NCBI GenBank assembly: GCA_002189035.1 | Contig: NEEC01000009.1 | Span: 3,224,001 to 3,288,000, forward strand | Length of the DNA stretch: 64,000 bases | From: Utricularia gibba | Taxonomy: Eukaryota > Plantae > Magnoliophyta | Direction: 5' to 3' | Shown: one piece after another, positions 1-11,811 of the stretch | Numbering within the stretch: position 1 is the first letter of the stretch | How the letters are laid out: the number at the start of each line of letters is the position of its first letter | Made by a program: the position numbers and the translations under genes | The notes under the pieces: model-generated | What the model saw: only the letters and a program-made list of their open reading frames with translations | Databases searched by the model: none | Told to the model about the DNA's origin: nothing

Positions 1-772
1 GTTGTGGATAATATAAAATATTGGCAAAACAAACCAAGTGCCATTTTTTTTTAAGAACTATTTTAATATTATCGGATTCGGGGTTCATTTTTTCCGCGAA
101 GTTTCTGTCACCCTCCCCATCCCACCTGACAGTAACTGCGATTTTTTTCATTGAAACGCCGTAGCTTGAACATCTTCATTTCGTTAGGCTGAAGCGTCCA
201 AGTCGCGTAACGGAAAGTAAACAAGATCTGGTGAGAAGCTCAAAAAGCCCTTGATTTTACGCGCACCAGGTCCGCAGTTTGCTTTACTTCGCACTTGTCG
301 TGCGCGCAGTCAATTATGTTTGTTGCTGTAAAGGAGAGCAAAAGAGAGAACTAAAGATTCATCTCCTCCCTTTTTTTTTCACCCTGTCTCTACTCGGCGA
401 ACAGTCCCATGCCCTAGATCCACTCATCTTAAACAAAATCCGTGTTTAGCTCACTGACATCTTCCATTGCTTCCTTTGAGTAGAGTAAGACAGGCCCTTT
501 TCGATATTTGGCTGAGATTCCAGTGGAAAGGTCACTTTAGATGACTTTCTGAAGGTGCCCCACTCTTGAAAAAAAATAGTTTTCTTATCGCGGTATCTTG
601 GGTACTCTGGTGGACGTTTTTCCAGCACAAATTTGTTTGGAGTTTCTTTTCGATAAATTGGAACCGTTTCTTGGTTGAAATTTTTCTCTTCTTGGAGGAA
701 AAGATGAGTCGGCGGAAAGAGACGCGGATGAAATTGGACTTTGAGGGACGCTATTGAGACCTATGTAGTAGC

Positions 773-3540
773 ATGGGCTGCGTTTGTGGTAAGCTATATC
801 CCATTGGCAGCAATGGCTCTCCTGCGGAAAGGTTATCTGAGAAAGCACCAACGGAAGTGCAAATTTTGAGGTCAGTATCCTCAACGAGGAAGGAGAGGTA
901 TCGCGTCAAGGATCGGCTAGATTCTAGCAGCACTAATGAGAGGGTGATACTGATGAATAAGCAAATCAGTGGTGGACATCTGAAAGAAAATGCTGATAGA
1001 AAGAGACAAAAGGCTGAGTATTCCTCAGCTTTGCGCGACTCTGGGTTGGTTGTGGTTCCTAAAGCAGTTGAGGGGGAACAGGTTGCGGCTGGATGGCCTT
1101 CTTGGTTGGCTGCAGTGGCAGGTGATGCCATTTCAGGATGGGTGCCAAGAAAGTCAGACTCTTTTGAGAAACTTGACAAGGTGTGTTACTTCTCATTCTC
1201 TGCTGCATCTTCTCGTTTTCTGTTGTGTGACCATTAAACATTCTGGTTACCCATGTGGGTCCTTTTTTGTAGATTGGTCAGGGGACTTACAGCAATGTAT
1301 ATCGTGCCCGAGATCTTGATCAAGGAAAGATTGTTGCTTTGAAGAAGGTAAGATTTGACAGCAATGAGCCAGAAAGTGTTCGGTTCATGGCTCGTGAAAT
1401 TCATATTTTACGGAGGCTAAACCATCCAAATGTAATTAAGTTGGAGGGCCTGGTCACTTCACGAATATCATGTAGCTTGTACCTCGTTTTTGAGTACATG
1501 GAGCATGATTTGACTGGACTTGCATCTCACCCTGGGCTGAAGCTCACAGAACCCCAGGTATCTATGTCATTTTTTGTTGGTAGACCCACAATGAGATTGT
1601 GTGAGGTTGGTCAGCATTCGATACGGCTTCTGATCAAATTGGGTTTTTTCTGATCCTTCGTTGTTCCTCTTCCAGGTTAAGTGTTACATGAAGCAACTTC
1701 TACAAGGGCTTGATCATTGTCACAGTCGAGGTGTTCTCCATCGTGACATAAAAGGTTCTAATCTTCTCATTGACAACAAAGGCATTCTGAAGATCGCGGA
1801 CTTTGGTCTGGGTAGCTTTTTTAATCCTGATCAAAGTCAGCAGCTGACAAGCCGTGTTGTGACTCTCTGGTACCGCCCCCCTGAGCTTCTTCTTGGCGCA
1901 TCCCACTATGGTGCTGCTGTTGATTTGTGGAGCTCTGGCTGTATTATTGCCGAATTATATGCAGGCAAGCCTATTATGCCTGGAAGGACAGAGGTAGCAA
2001 TTTTTTGTAAGCTCAATCTATTGTTTGATATACAAGCATGCCAAGTGATGCTGGATGCATGATGCGTTTCTAGGTTGAGCAGTTGCACAAAATTTTCAAA
2101 CTCTGTGGATCACCTTCTGAGGAGTACTGGAGAGAATCCAAATTGTTTCGTGCAACTATTTTCAAGCCCCAGCAACCTTACAAGCGCCGTGTTGCTGAAA
2201 TGTACAAAGATTTCCCAGCTCCAGCTTTGGATCTTGTTGAAGTATTGCTGTCCATAGATCCTGCAAATCGTGGATCTGCGGCTTCTGCTTTAAAAAGTGA
2301 GGTATGAAGGTGGCATGTATTTTACTTGTATGGCTTTACCAGTACATCGCCATGGTCGAATTTGAAGAGAATCTTCCAATAAACTTGATTCTGTTCCTTT
2401 CTCGCAGTTCTTTACTACCCAGCCGCTTCCTTGTGACCCTTCAAGTTTGCCCAAGTATCCTCCAAGTAAGGAGCTTGATGCCAAAGCACGAGATGCAGAA
2501 GCAAGGAGGTGAATTATAGTAGCCACGTGTTGAATCAAATGCTTACCTATTAGGATTAGGCATGTTTTTCCTGTTACGCATAAACCCTTTGGCTGGATGA
2601 ATTCTGCAGGCAAGCGGCATCTGGAATGAGAGGTGAAAAGTTCGTCGTCGAAAGGCGAGCAAGTAAGGAATCCCGTGCCGTTCCTGCACCAGATGCCAAT
2701 GCTGAATTGATGCCATTAATGCAGGTAACTGGCTTCATGCCTTCGTGTACTGTTCTTTTTTTGTCTATATTCTTTTATCTTGCTCTTGTCTGGTTTCTCA
2801 ACTCCTGCAATCCCTTTTGCCATACAGAGAAGGCATCCTCAGTCCAATTCGAAGAGCAGGAGTGAGATTTTCAGTTCTCACCCTGACGAAGTAGCGTCTG
2901 GTTTTCCAATTGACCCCCTGGACCTTCTCAGTCGTTGGAAGATGGTGATCGTGATCCCCGTGGGAACACCCACAAGAGGGCTTCGCACTCAGGGCCTTTG
3001 GTCAATAGGGCCGCCTGGGAGAAAACAAGGAAGAACATGGAAGACGCTCCCGCATCGAAAAATCTCGATGTTACCGAGCTATCAGCCATGTCCGGTTTAG
3101 TAGCATCTAGGAGGAGTATGTTATCCGAAGAGCACGCAGAGAAATGGGTTTCCAAGCGGGATGCTCCAAAGCCTATTTCTCGGTTTCCAGGCTCTCTCAA
3201 AGAGACATCAAACACCACGATGAGGAACAACTCCAAATTCGAGGGCCAAAACGATGAGGGAAGAGCAAGCAACAATGTGCGTGCTGGTTATCCTGCTTAC
3301 AGAAACAACTGATTATTTCCATGCACACTGATTGCATATTCTTTCTTGGTGCAGGACAAAGGGTCAATAAAGAACAAAATCCACTATTCAGGGCCTTTAC
3401 TTGCACCCTCAGGGAAAGAGGATCAAATGCTCAAGGATCACGACCGGCATGTTCAGGAGGCTGTTAGATGGGCTCGGCTGGACAAGGAGAGACTGAGAAA
3501 CCAGCTCTCAACGACGACGTTGTTTATCTCAGGTCGATGA
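773..3540 (+). CDS. CDK-like (CDKC/CKL-related, At1g54610/At1g09600-type) Ser/Thr protein kinase, multi-exon
   Basis: Starts MGC (myristoylation-type). Kinase motifs IGQGTY, VALKKVRF, HRDIKGSN, IADFGL, VVTLWYRPPELLLG lie on GT-AG exons (e.g. 773-1180, 1273-1557, 1676-1993). C-terminal HYSGPL motif. One -1 break in the C run at 2914-2918 (IDP[P]GPSQ). Confidence 0.93.
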
Positions 3541-4750
3541 CAGATAACTGATAACAACACCAAATGCGAAAGCATGCGTATGCATCCACAAAGTCAGTCG
3601 TGATTCTCTAATAATGGTTATTTTTCCTCTTTCTTAGAGATCCACGTACAGGCCCCCATATGCAGAGCTGATATAGGAGTTAACCATTTCTTTCATATGC
3701 ATGCTTTGTAGGCTACCTTTGTATATCCTGCTGTTCCAGCTCACTCTCACAAATAAAAAAATGAGCACTTCTTAGAAAATCACAGTTTCTAAGAGGCAAT
3801 TTAGATACAACTATAATCCTTTTTTCAGCCGATTGTTTCTGAAACTGATGTGAGTGAAGGCCATTCTTTTCCATCTTGAGAACGCTGACTGTCATCTTCC
3901 ACTATACCTTGGGTTTACACAACTGGGAATTACACAGCCAAAGGAGAGACTGAGATTCCAAGTACAGTTTGTCCTACAATTAACAATATCCTCCATTTAA
4001 TGAGAATTGATTCGAATTTAAAATCGGTGATATGCTCAGATTTGTTCTTCCTGCTGGAGTGGAGCTGGTGAGTAAGCAGTAGTAGTGTTCTGCTTGTCTT
4101 CTCCATTATTGAGACATCTTCTTTTCCTTTGTTGTTATCCATGGCCAATAAGGTGTTGCTGGAAACACCAACAGATGTCAGCACAGAATTCAGACTCCCA
4201 GAGCAACTCGTTGAAAATTCTTGTGTCAAGTGTGTGTAGCATTTTCCAGGGGCAAAAGATCAGGTAAATGATGTGAATGACAGAGGTTGATATTCAATCA
4301 TCCCTTGCTTATAGACTTCTAACACAAAAGGGTGTTTGTGCGTGCGTGAGGTACGAGATCCAGAATCATGTAATAAACACAAAAATAAATTGAGATTCTA
4401 TGGGTATAGGTGCGAAGAATAAAAAAGTGAAATCTTGAGATTGAAGTCTGAGGGGATGAGATGAAATGAGGGCCGTCGTTGCTTCTTGATGCTAATCGTT
4501 TTAGGTCAACTTGAAGCCAAAACCTACGCCCACTGTAGAAGAATCGGATGACATGAGAAAGTTGTGAAAAAAACAAGGATGACACACAACCTGCTTATGG
4601 CTCAGCCTCCAACTTTCAAACCAGAAGGTGAAAAACGCAAACTTTCTTAGATTCTCTTCACGCTTTCAACTCTTCTTCTTATAGAGCTAACACCAAATCT
4701 GCAGCCTCTTGTTCTTTTTCTTCCTGTTCCTTTTTCTGGGATTGGCGAAG

Positions 4751-5401
4751 ATGGAGGCAATCCCACCGAGAATTCAAAACACGGAGAACCCGTCTACTAC
4801 TTCTTCCCTTAACAGCAATGGCACCACGGCCGATTGCGCCCAATTCGGCCCGCCGATTGTGAGATCTCAGGACCAGAGTCCATACCCAACAACGTTCGTC
4901 CAAGCTGACCCCTCGAATTTCAAGCACGTTGTGCAAATGCTCACCGGATCCACCGAGGCCTCGGGGAAGCAGCAGGTCACAAAGGGAGGGGGCGTTCCTC
5001 CCATCAAGTGCACCGCTCAGAAGAAACCCGGGTTCAAACTCCACGAACGGAGGAACACTCTGAGGAAGGGGCTTATGATCAACACTTTGGCGAGTGGATA
5101 CTCGAACAACAGTTCCACAGGCTTCTCGCCCCGGAAAACCGAGATTTTGTCCCCGAGTATTCTCGATTTCCCTTCGCTGGTCATTAGCCCGGCTACTCCG
5201 CTCAACCAGGATTGCGTAAGCGGTTCTTCTGCCGTACTGTCTCCAATTCCAGCCACCGAGGAGGAAAAGGCGATTGCGGAGAAGAAGTTTTATCTCCACC
5301 CTTCGCCTCCGGCAACACCCGGGAATGCGGTGGCGGAGCCTCAACTGTTGCCACTATTTCCGTTGACATCGCCGCGGGTTTCCGAATCGTCGACGTCTTG
5401 A
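4751..5401 (+). CDS. VQ-motif protein (VQ4/MVQ1-like), intronless
   Basis: TTFVQADPSNFKHVVQMLTG matches FxxxVQxLTG. Also has the GFKLHERR, LSPSILDFPSL and FYLHPSP blocks typical of MPK3/6-targeted VQ proteins. Confidence 0.92.
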   Translation: MEAIPPRIQNTENPSTTSSLNSNGTTADCAQFGPPIVRSQDQSPYPTTFVQADPSNFKHVVQMLTGSTEASGKQQVTKGGGVPPIKCTAQKKPGFKLHERRNTLRKGLMINTLASGYSNNSSTGFSPRKTEILSPSILDFPSLVISPATPLNQDCVSGSSAVLSPIPATEEEKAIAEKKFYLHPSPPATPGNAVAEPQLLPLFPLTSPRVSESSTS

Positions 5402-5926
5402 TCAGATTTCAATGTAAAACTAATTCCTGGTTTTGTGGGTGAACTTGCGTTTTAGAATTCCGGGTTTCCTTTACCCTAATTGCCCGCCATTTCAGTCAAG
5501 CAAAAAACTTGAAGGCACACAGGAATGCATAGAACTTGTCCACATTTCTTCACTTGTGCAGACCTAACCGCAAACAAGAAAGTTTACAGTTTGATGGTAT
5601 GAGGGAACGCCCGCTTTTGGGCGTTGATTTCTGAGAATTTTCTGTGGTGCCCCATTTCACAGGCAGTCAGCCAAAGGATATCCATGTATTGAGGAATTGA
5701 AAATGGCGTCTTGATTGATTGTTGTTAGCAGGAAGGGGAACCTTACAGACTGCTTTGAGTCTTTTTCTTCTTGAAACTTGAATAGGGAAAGTTTCGTCCT
5801 TTCGGGGTTTTTCTTTTTCTTGGTCCAAAATATATAAAGAAAATTCGAACGAACAAAACCCACTCCACGCATCTACCGTTATCCTATCTGGGTCTTCTTC
5901 TTCTTCCAGAAAAAAGGTGCCGAAAA

Positions 5927-8915
5927 ATGTCTCGAGGAACAGAGAAACTTATTAAAACTGTGAAAAAGTTCGTGGACCTGCAGTACAAGGTCTTCTCGCG
6001 GCGCTATGGGCAGCAAATCATTGACATCCTCGAGTTTCCGGTCAAGGTTGTGCTGTTGCCCTTCACTCTACCATTCGACATCGCCGGCTCTGCTCCGCGT
6101 GGATTTGGAATCCCGGAATTCGTCTCCAAACTCTCTTATTCCGCCATTTTTGTGAGACACTGCCCTGTTCTCTTTCTCATGTGTATCTTTTGTGAGAAGA
6201 GAGAAATGGTGTCGATGTTTTCAAAGATACGCATTCCTTATATACTCGATGAATTGCAAGTGATATTCAATGATTGTTATGCTCAAAATTTGATTGAGCG
6301 CTATTAGGCTTGAGATTTGAAAGGCTATCTTGCATCCATATATTTTAGTTAGAAGCTCCCTTCCGCAGTTGCATACTCTCATAGAAGAAGGAATATGAAC
6401 CGAGTTGTATTTCATGAACTTCTCAGAAAGAATATGTTTCTCCCAGTTTATAATGTGCTCTTTGCTATGTTGGAGAAATATCTTTAGTCTAAGGCTATTA
6501 TATTGAACGATGGAATATGTTTGGAAGAGCTAATTTATTAGATGGGTTTCTCCTTCATGAAAAGAACGACTGGCGTTTGTATTTTCAGGTGATTGGCACT
6601 CTTGGGACATATGATATTGCGTTTGAAATGGGGAAGAAGGTCCTGTGTCAGAGGTGACTTGAAGGATCCTAAATCAGTTATATCGTTTGGATATCACATT
6701 TTCATAATAGCTTACCACGGTGGTGGACTGGACTAAGACCTTTGAACTACAGGAATTGCCGAACCTGCTGCGGATGGCAAGCCATGCAATGTACTATGTG
6801 CAGGGGCTCAGGAAAGGTACACTACCAAGTGAAAAACTATGCTCTGAGAAGGTACTACATTCCTTCTGCTTTATCCGGTGATATTGATGACAAGATTCAT
6901 CATTATCAATTAGCCGTTTCTACACAATGATACCATTTTTTTCCTGCAGTGGGGAGAACCCAACGCCTGAAAATATTGCAGATGCCATTGCCGAAAACCG
7001 AGCGGAGTTGGTTCACCTTCCCTCAAGTATTGATCTTCATGTTCCTCTTCCTTTGAAGGACTGTCCAAAATGTGATGGATCAGTAAGAATTTTTATCTTG
7101 TATACTTTACCATTTTTTATGACAATATTTTGATTGCTTTCGTGTCAGTGACACCTTGTAATAGGTATCCATGGTCAATGATTTTTTGAAATTAAATCAT
7201 GATGTCCAACCAGAGCCATTCTAGTGTACTTGTGTTATACGCAGAGTTTTTCGGTCAACACATTCTATCAATGTTGATCTTAGTAACCTGTCATCACTTC
7301 TGCTCTGTAGGGGGCGATGAAGTGTCCAGATTGTGAAGGGAAATTCCCTCTTAGGATTTCTGCGGATGATGTAAGATTAGGCACTTCTTTACCATCCATC
7401 TCAGAATTTGTTGTCCTCTTCACAGAAAGTGTCTTAACTCAAGTGCGATTCAAGCATTTCACTTATGTTGTGCCTTTCCCAGATAATGGAACCTCCATGG
7501 AAAGCATTGAACATCTTGCGTAAGATGGATTATCCTTATGAGGTTGGTCGTCGCAGATTCATTTGGTAGATTTTTTCTTTTAACCTTAAAAAAGATTAAA
7601 TTCTCTTATATTCAAATGGGTTGTGAGAGAGAGCTGTGATGCATATACTGGTGTTCCGAGCAAAAAAAAAAAAAAGAAAAGAAAAAGAAAGGACGGCATT
7701 GCTGGGGATTGTATATCTCTATCAAACAAACCTCCAATTCGGCTCTGATTAGCTCCAGAAGCTCTACTTATTCATTATTATTTTTGCAGCATATAGCTCA
7801 TAGTATGAAGGACCCTAGCATTGCAGCATTTTGGTTGATAACCTTTCCTCAGATCGTTGGTGGTTTTGAGTATGATGATTATGTCAAGCAGAAAATATGG
7901 TGGGAATACAAGGTTAGATATTTGATCTGCAGATTCATTTATATGTTCTAAATAAACTGCCCACAGATGTACAAACTCAATGCTGTTAAAGCCCCTGCCT
8001 TGTTGGATCACTATTCCTCTTCTTCTGTTCCACTTTCAGCTCTGGGTAATCTTTTAAACTTTTCTGTTTCAGGAGTCGATGTGGTATGACCAACTTCGTG
8101 ATGAAGTTGTCAAACGAAAACCAGGGTGGGAATATTTGCAAGAGGTAAAGGCGTTTACCAAGCACTGCACATACTTCTTAGCTGAACTACAGCAAAAACG
8201 GGGAAGGAATCATGTAGCAACTCAATGATTCTGAATCTGTATCATGACAGGCTTTAGTCTCGATCGATCCGGTCCGTGCTAAGGATGATCCTGCTGTTGT
8301 GAAAAATATTCCATTATACAAAGCCAAGAAGTCCCTTGAGGCTGAAGTTATGAGGCTTGATGCTCCTCCTCGGCCTGAAAATTGGGGGTTAGCTTATCTC
8401 TTCTTGTTTCGCTGTTATTAGTAGCTTCATTCTTTGTTAGTTATTTATTTCTTGCTGGCGTGATTGTTACAGAAATTGGACCTCCCTCTAAGTGCATCAT
8501 CTTGGTCTGAGGAAGACCTCAAAGATCCAAAGAAGCTGTATGAGATGACAGTTCTCTTGAATGCACAGCGAGAAATAGCTGATCAAATACTCGACGCACA
8601 ATGGGAAGCAAAGTGGCGTGAACGCAAGGTTGACTAACCAGCTCCCTTAACATGATAACTCTGCACAAACTCTTATCTATCATTTTTTCCAGGTGAATGA
8701 GATGCTAAAGGAGAAAATCAAGCCCTATTTGCAAAACGTGGATGACACCCCACTTCCTTCGCATATAGCATTGCAACCCCAGAAGATTGAAAACCAAACG
8801 GTAGTGCTGTTCCTTAACTATCATGATGCTTTGTGTGAGCCCCGATTCTCATATCTCATTCTCTTCCATTTTTCAGAGGCGGCAGCAACAGCAGCGCCGG
8901 TGGTGGATTTTTTGA
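5927..8915 (+). CDS. EMB2737: EMB2737-like protein with DnaJ-type CxxCxGxG zinc finger, about 10 exons
   Basis: Blocks RYGQQIIDILEFP, FDIAGSAPRGFGIPE, CRTCCGWQAMQCTMCRGSG, MKDPSIAAFWL, AQWEAKWR and C-terminal RRWWIF* match At5g53860 as I recall it. Splice sites traced. One -1 break in the G run at 8384-8388. Confidence 0.85.
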
Positions 8916-9287
8916 TAGTCTTTGAGTTGCTTCTCTTTTGTTTCATGGCATTCGTGTATCATATTTCGAAAGTTTTGCAACTGCAACATACTATTTTTTT
9001 TTTCGTACTCAACCTAAGCTGTAAGCTGTTCGAGTATGGAGTATGAAAAACCAGATAGAATTCAAACAGGTAACATTCAGGAACACACCTTCATTCAGGT
9101 AAGTTAGATACATAGACTTGGTTATTTATTTCTTGGCTGCATATCTGTTAGCATGCAGCTCCGAACTCCGACGCCAGATACAGCATTTGATGACGTTTCT
9201 TAGAACAGAGTTTTCCATGGATGTAGATGATTGAAACATGTGGATGTGAAATGCTGCACAGGGAGGAGTCGGAGGATGAGAATCCGA

Positions 9288-9641
9288 TCAGTGATTATTG
9301 CGAGCGCAGCTGGTGATGCGGGTGCAGCCACGGCTGTACGGATTGGCCTTCTGGTGGCCGCGGCAGTTGTAGTAGGATCGGCCGCGGCTGTTGCATGGGA
9401 TGCGGTTCTTGCTGAGCGCGCCGTAAGAGATGTAACCGCCGCCGCGTCCGACGAGCTGCCTGCGTGCGGCCTCCGAGTCCAGCATCAGGTCCTCGTCCAG
9501 CTCCAGGGCGTCGTCCACCAGACCATGACCGTCTGTTGTCATGTCAATGTTGTAGACGCCGTCTTGCTCCGTCGCCGCAGCCACAAACACCACCACCACC
9601 ACCATCATCATCATTAAAACAAGCCCCGAACGGAAACCCAT
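9288..9641 (-). CDS. RALF: RALF peptide precursor, 117 aa
   Basis: Hydrophobic signal peptide, acidic pro-region, RRQL S1P cleavage site, YISY motif, and four Cys in PCNSRGRSYYNC...ANPYSRGCTRITSCAR. Confidence 0.95.
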   Translation of the reverse strand: MGFRSGLVLMMMMVVVVVFVAAATEQDGVYNIDMTTDGHGLVDDALELDEDLMLDSEAARRQLVGRGGGYISYGALSKNRIPCNSRGRSYYNCRGHQKANPYSRGCTRITSCARNNH

Positions 9642-10227
9642 TTTTCCTTCAGAAAACTCCGCTTCTCTTTTTCTTGTGCTGTGTGGGGATTTGTTTGGTT
9701 TCCGCTTCCTCCCACGGGGGTGAGGGTGAGAACAGAAACGGAGGGAGATGTTATTTTGTGTGTTTTGTTGGCTGTTTTTGAGGAGGGAAGGATGGCAAGA
9801 ACCGGCTGTTGCCCGGTGGCGCACCGTCTTTTCCGGTGGTTTAACGGACGTCGAGCATTTCTGTAGGCCCCGCTTTTTCCTCATATTTCCTCATTTCTTT
9901 TTATGTGTACGGATAAAAGATACTATGAGATTATTGGAAAATGGAAATACATTTAATTATTTATTTTGGTTAGATAATCAAACGGTTGTGATAGCTTATA
10001 TTTAAAAATGTCAATTAAATCCAATATTAAAGAAATCATGTAATTTTTTGAATGCTAAACTTTAGATAGTTATTACATTTCTTTTAATTTTATATTTTTT
10101 GACTAAGTAAATTTTTAACTCTTCAGTGGATTCATCATGTACTCTATTGGTTCAGGTACAAAAACTTTTGTACCCAAATCTCAAATCCCTATTTTTTCAC
10201 CCCCAGTTCCACTGCAGTGTCGCGGTG

Positions 10228-10935
10228 ATGGCGGCGAGTAGTGGTAGCAGCAGGGTCTTGAAGAAGCCGGTGTTCATAAAGGTGGAGGATCTGAAGCCGG
10301 GGACTGATGGCCACAATCTTGTCGTCAAGGTCGTAAATCGGATGTTGTCCTGGAAAAGGGCGCCGCCGCTGTCCCGCACCTCCGCAATAGCCGCATTTCT
10401 GAGTGCCTCGTCGGAGACGAAACCGCCACCATCCTCTTCACCGCGCGTAACCAGCAAGGTACGCACACGAATGATTGAGATTCTTAAACATGAGCAAGTT
10501 TTTCCAGAATGTCTTCACTGTTTCTTTTCTTTGTTATGTGTTCGTTTATTTTCACAAATTAGCCCATGTTAATCATGTACACCCTTCTTAGTGACCATAT
10601 CCTAGTTAGATATAAATTGGAAGCCCTGAATCATGATGCTGATTTACTTTGGATCTCAATCATTCACCCCGTTATGCTTCCAAATTGCTTCTGCTTGGAT
10701 GACAGAATTATTAACTGTAAACTTGAATGTCCGCATACTTTCTTCAGTCGATGTGATGCAGCCAGGAACAAGCGTGGTCCTTCGCAATGCGAAGATCGAC
10801 ATGTTCAAGGGTTGTATGAGGTTGGCTGTCGACAAATGGGGTCGTATTGAGGTTACTGAACCAGCCGCATTTGCCGTGGAGGAAGACAACAATTTGTCGC
10901 TCGTCGAATACGAGCTTGTCGACGTTGCCAATTAG
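10228..10935 (+). CDS. Small nucleic-acid-binding OB-fold protein (At4g28440-like)
   Basis: LKKPVFIKVEDLKPG, ECLVGDETATILFTARN (after a -1 break at 10335-10338) and LRNAKIDMFKGCMRLAVDKWGRIE...NNLSLVEYELV. One intron at about 10459-10747. Confidence 0.9.
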
Positions 10936-11148
10936 TGAATTCCAGTCATCTGGCCTCCAACTCTTGCTTATCTAGTAGATCGGCGAATCTCGCCGCCGCC
11001 CGCCTTGGTCTTTTGCTCTCTCGCGCTTTGAAGGCAGCACATTTCGAGTGAAGATGACAAGTTGGCAGGGCAGGCGTGCGCAGAGAGAGTTTTGCTATTT
11101 GTTAATGCTACATGACTTGTGGGATATATAATATATAATATTTATTAT

Positions 11149-11172
11149 ATTATTATTATTATTATTATTATT
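11149..11172. repeat. (ATT)n microsatellite
   Basis: About eight ATT units in an AT-rich intergenic tract. Confidence 0.85.
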
Positions 11173-11811
11173 TTGCAATAGAAAACGGAAGTCGATTTTT
11201 TCCTGAATGGGCGCGTGATTGGAGTCGGTGAGGGTGCTTACCAGCTTCGGCCACGTCAGCCGAAAGATCTCCGGGGATTGGGGCGTGCAGAACACGTAGA
11301 ATATTGTTTTAATAAATATATAATTTTGGATGTTTTGTATGAAACGGGAAAAACCCTCCGGAAGAAGTACTTTCCGCCCTAGCAGTCTTGAGCCACAGGA
11401 GAAACGACTCCAAAATCTCTCTTGGCAGAACGCGGGGAATTGGAAAATTGGAAATCTTGAACTTCGATGCGGGGATCGAGGATCGAGGATTTTAATCTCA
11501 TACTCGTTGAATTTCCGACGTATTTCATCTCGCTTGGAAGTAGTGGGTTTTGGCTTGGAATGTTTTCTCTCGGCTTTTTATCTGCATGATCGAATCTAGG
11601 GTTCTTCTCGTTCATCAGCCTCATCTGCATTGATCTGATTATCTTAAGGCGTTGTTTGAATGAAAGAAATCCTTATTCGAACGCTGGTGTGTGGTTCTCG
11701 AGGGATTTGGCGGACTTGTTTCTGATTGTAGTAGCAAGAAGACTGAGGGAACAAGCAGAAGTGAGTTCTGATAATACCTTGGGTAATTCATTTTTTTGGT
11801 TGACTTTTGCT

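Noticed and set aside
4679-5344. 221-aa antisense ORF over the VQ gene, and similar shadow ORFs over RALF, cpSRP43, SINAT and Dof
   Set aside because: These are antisense or alternate-frame shadows of GC-rich coding sequence with no independent motifs.
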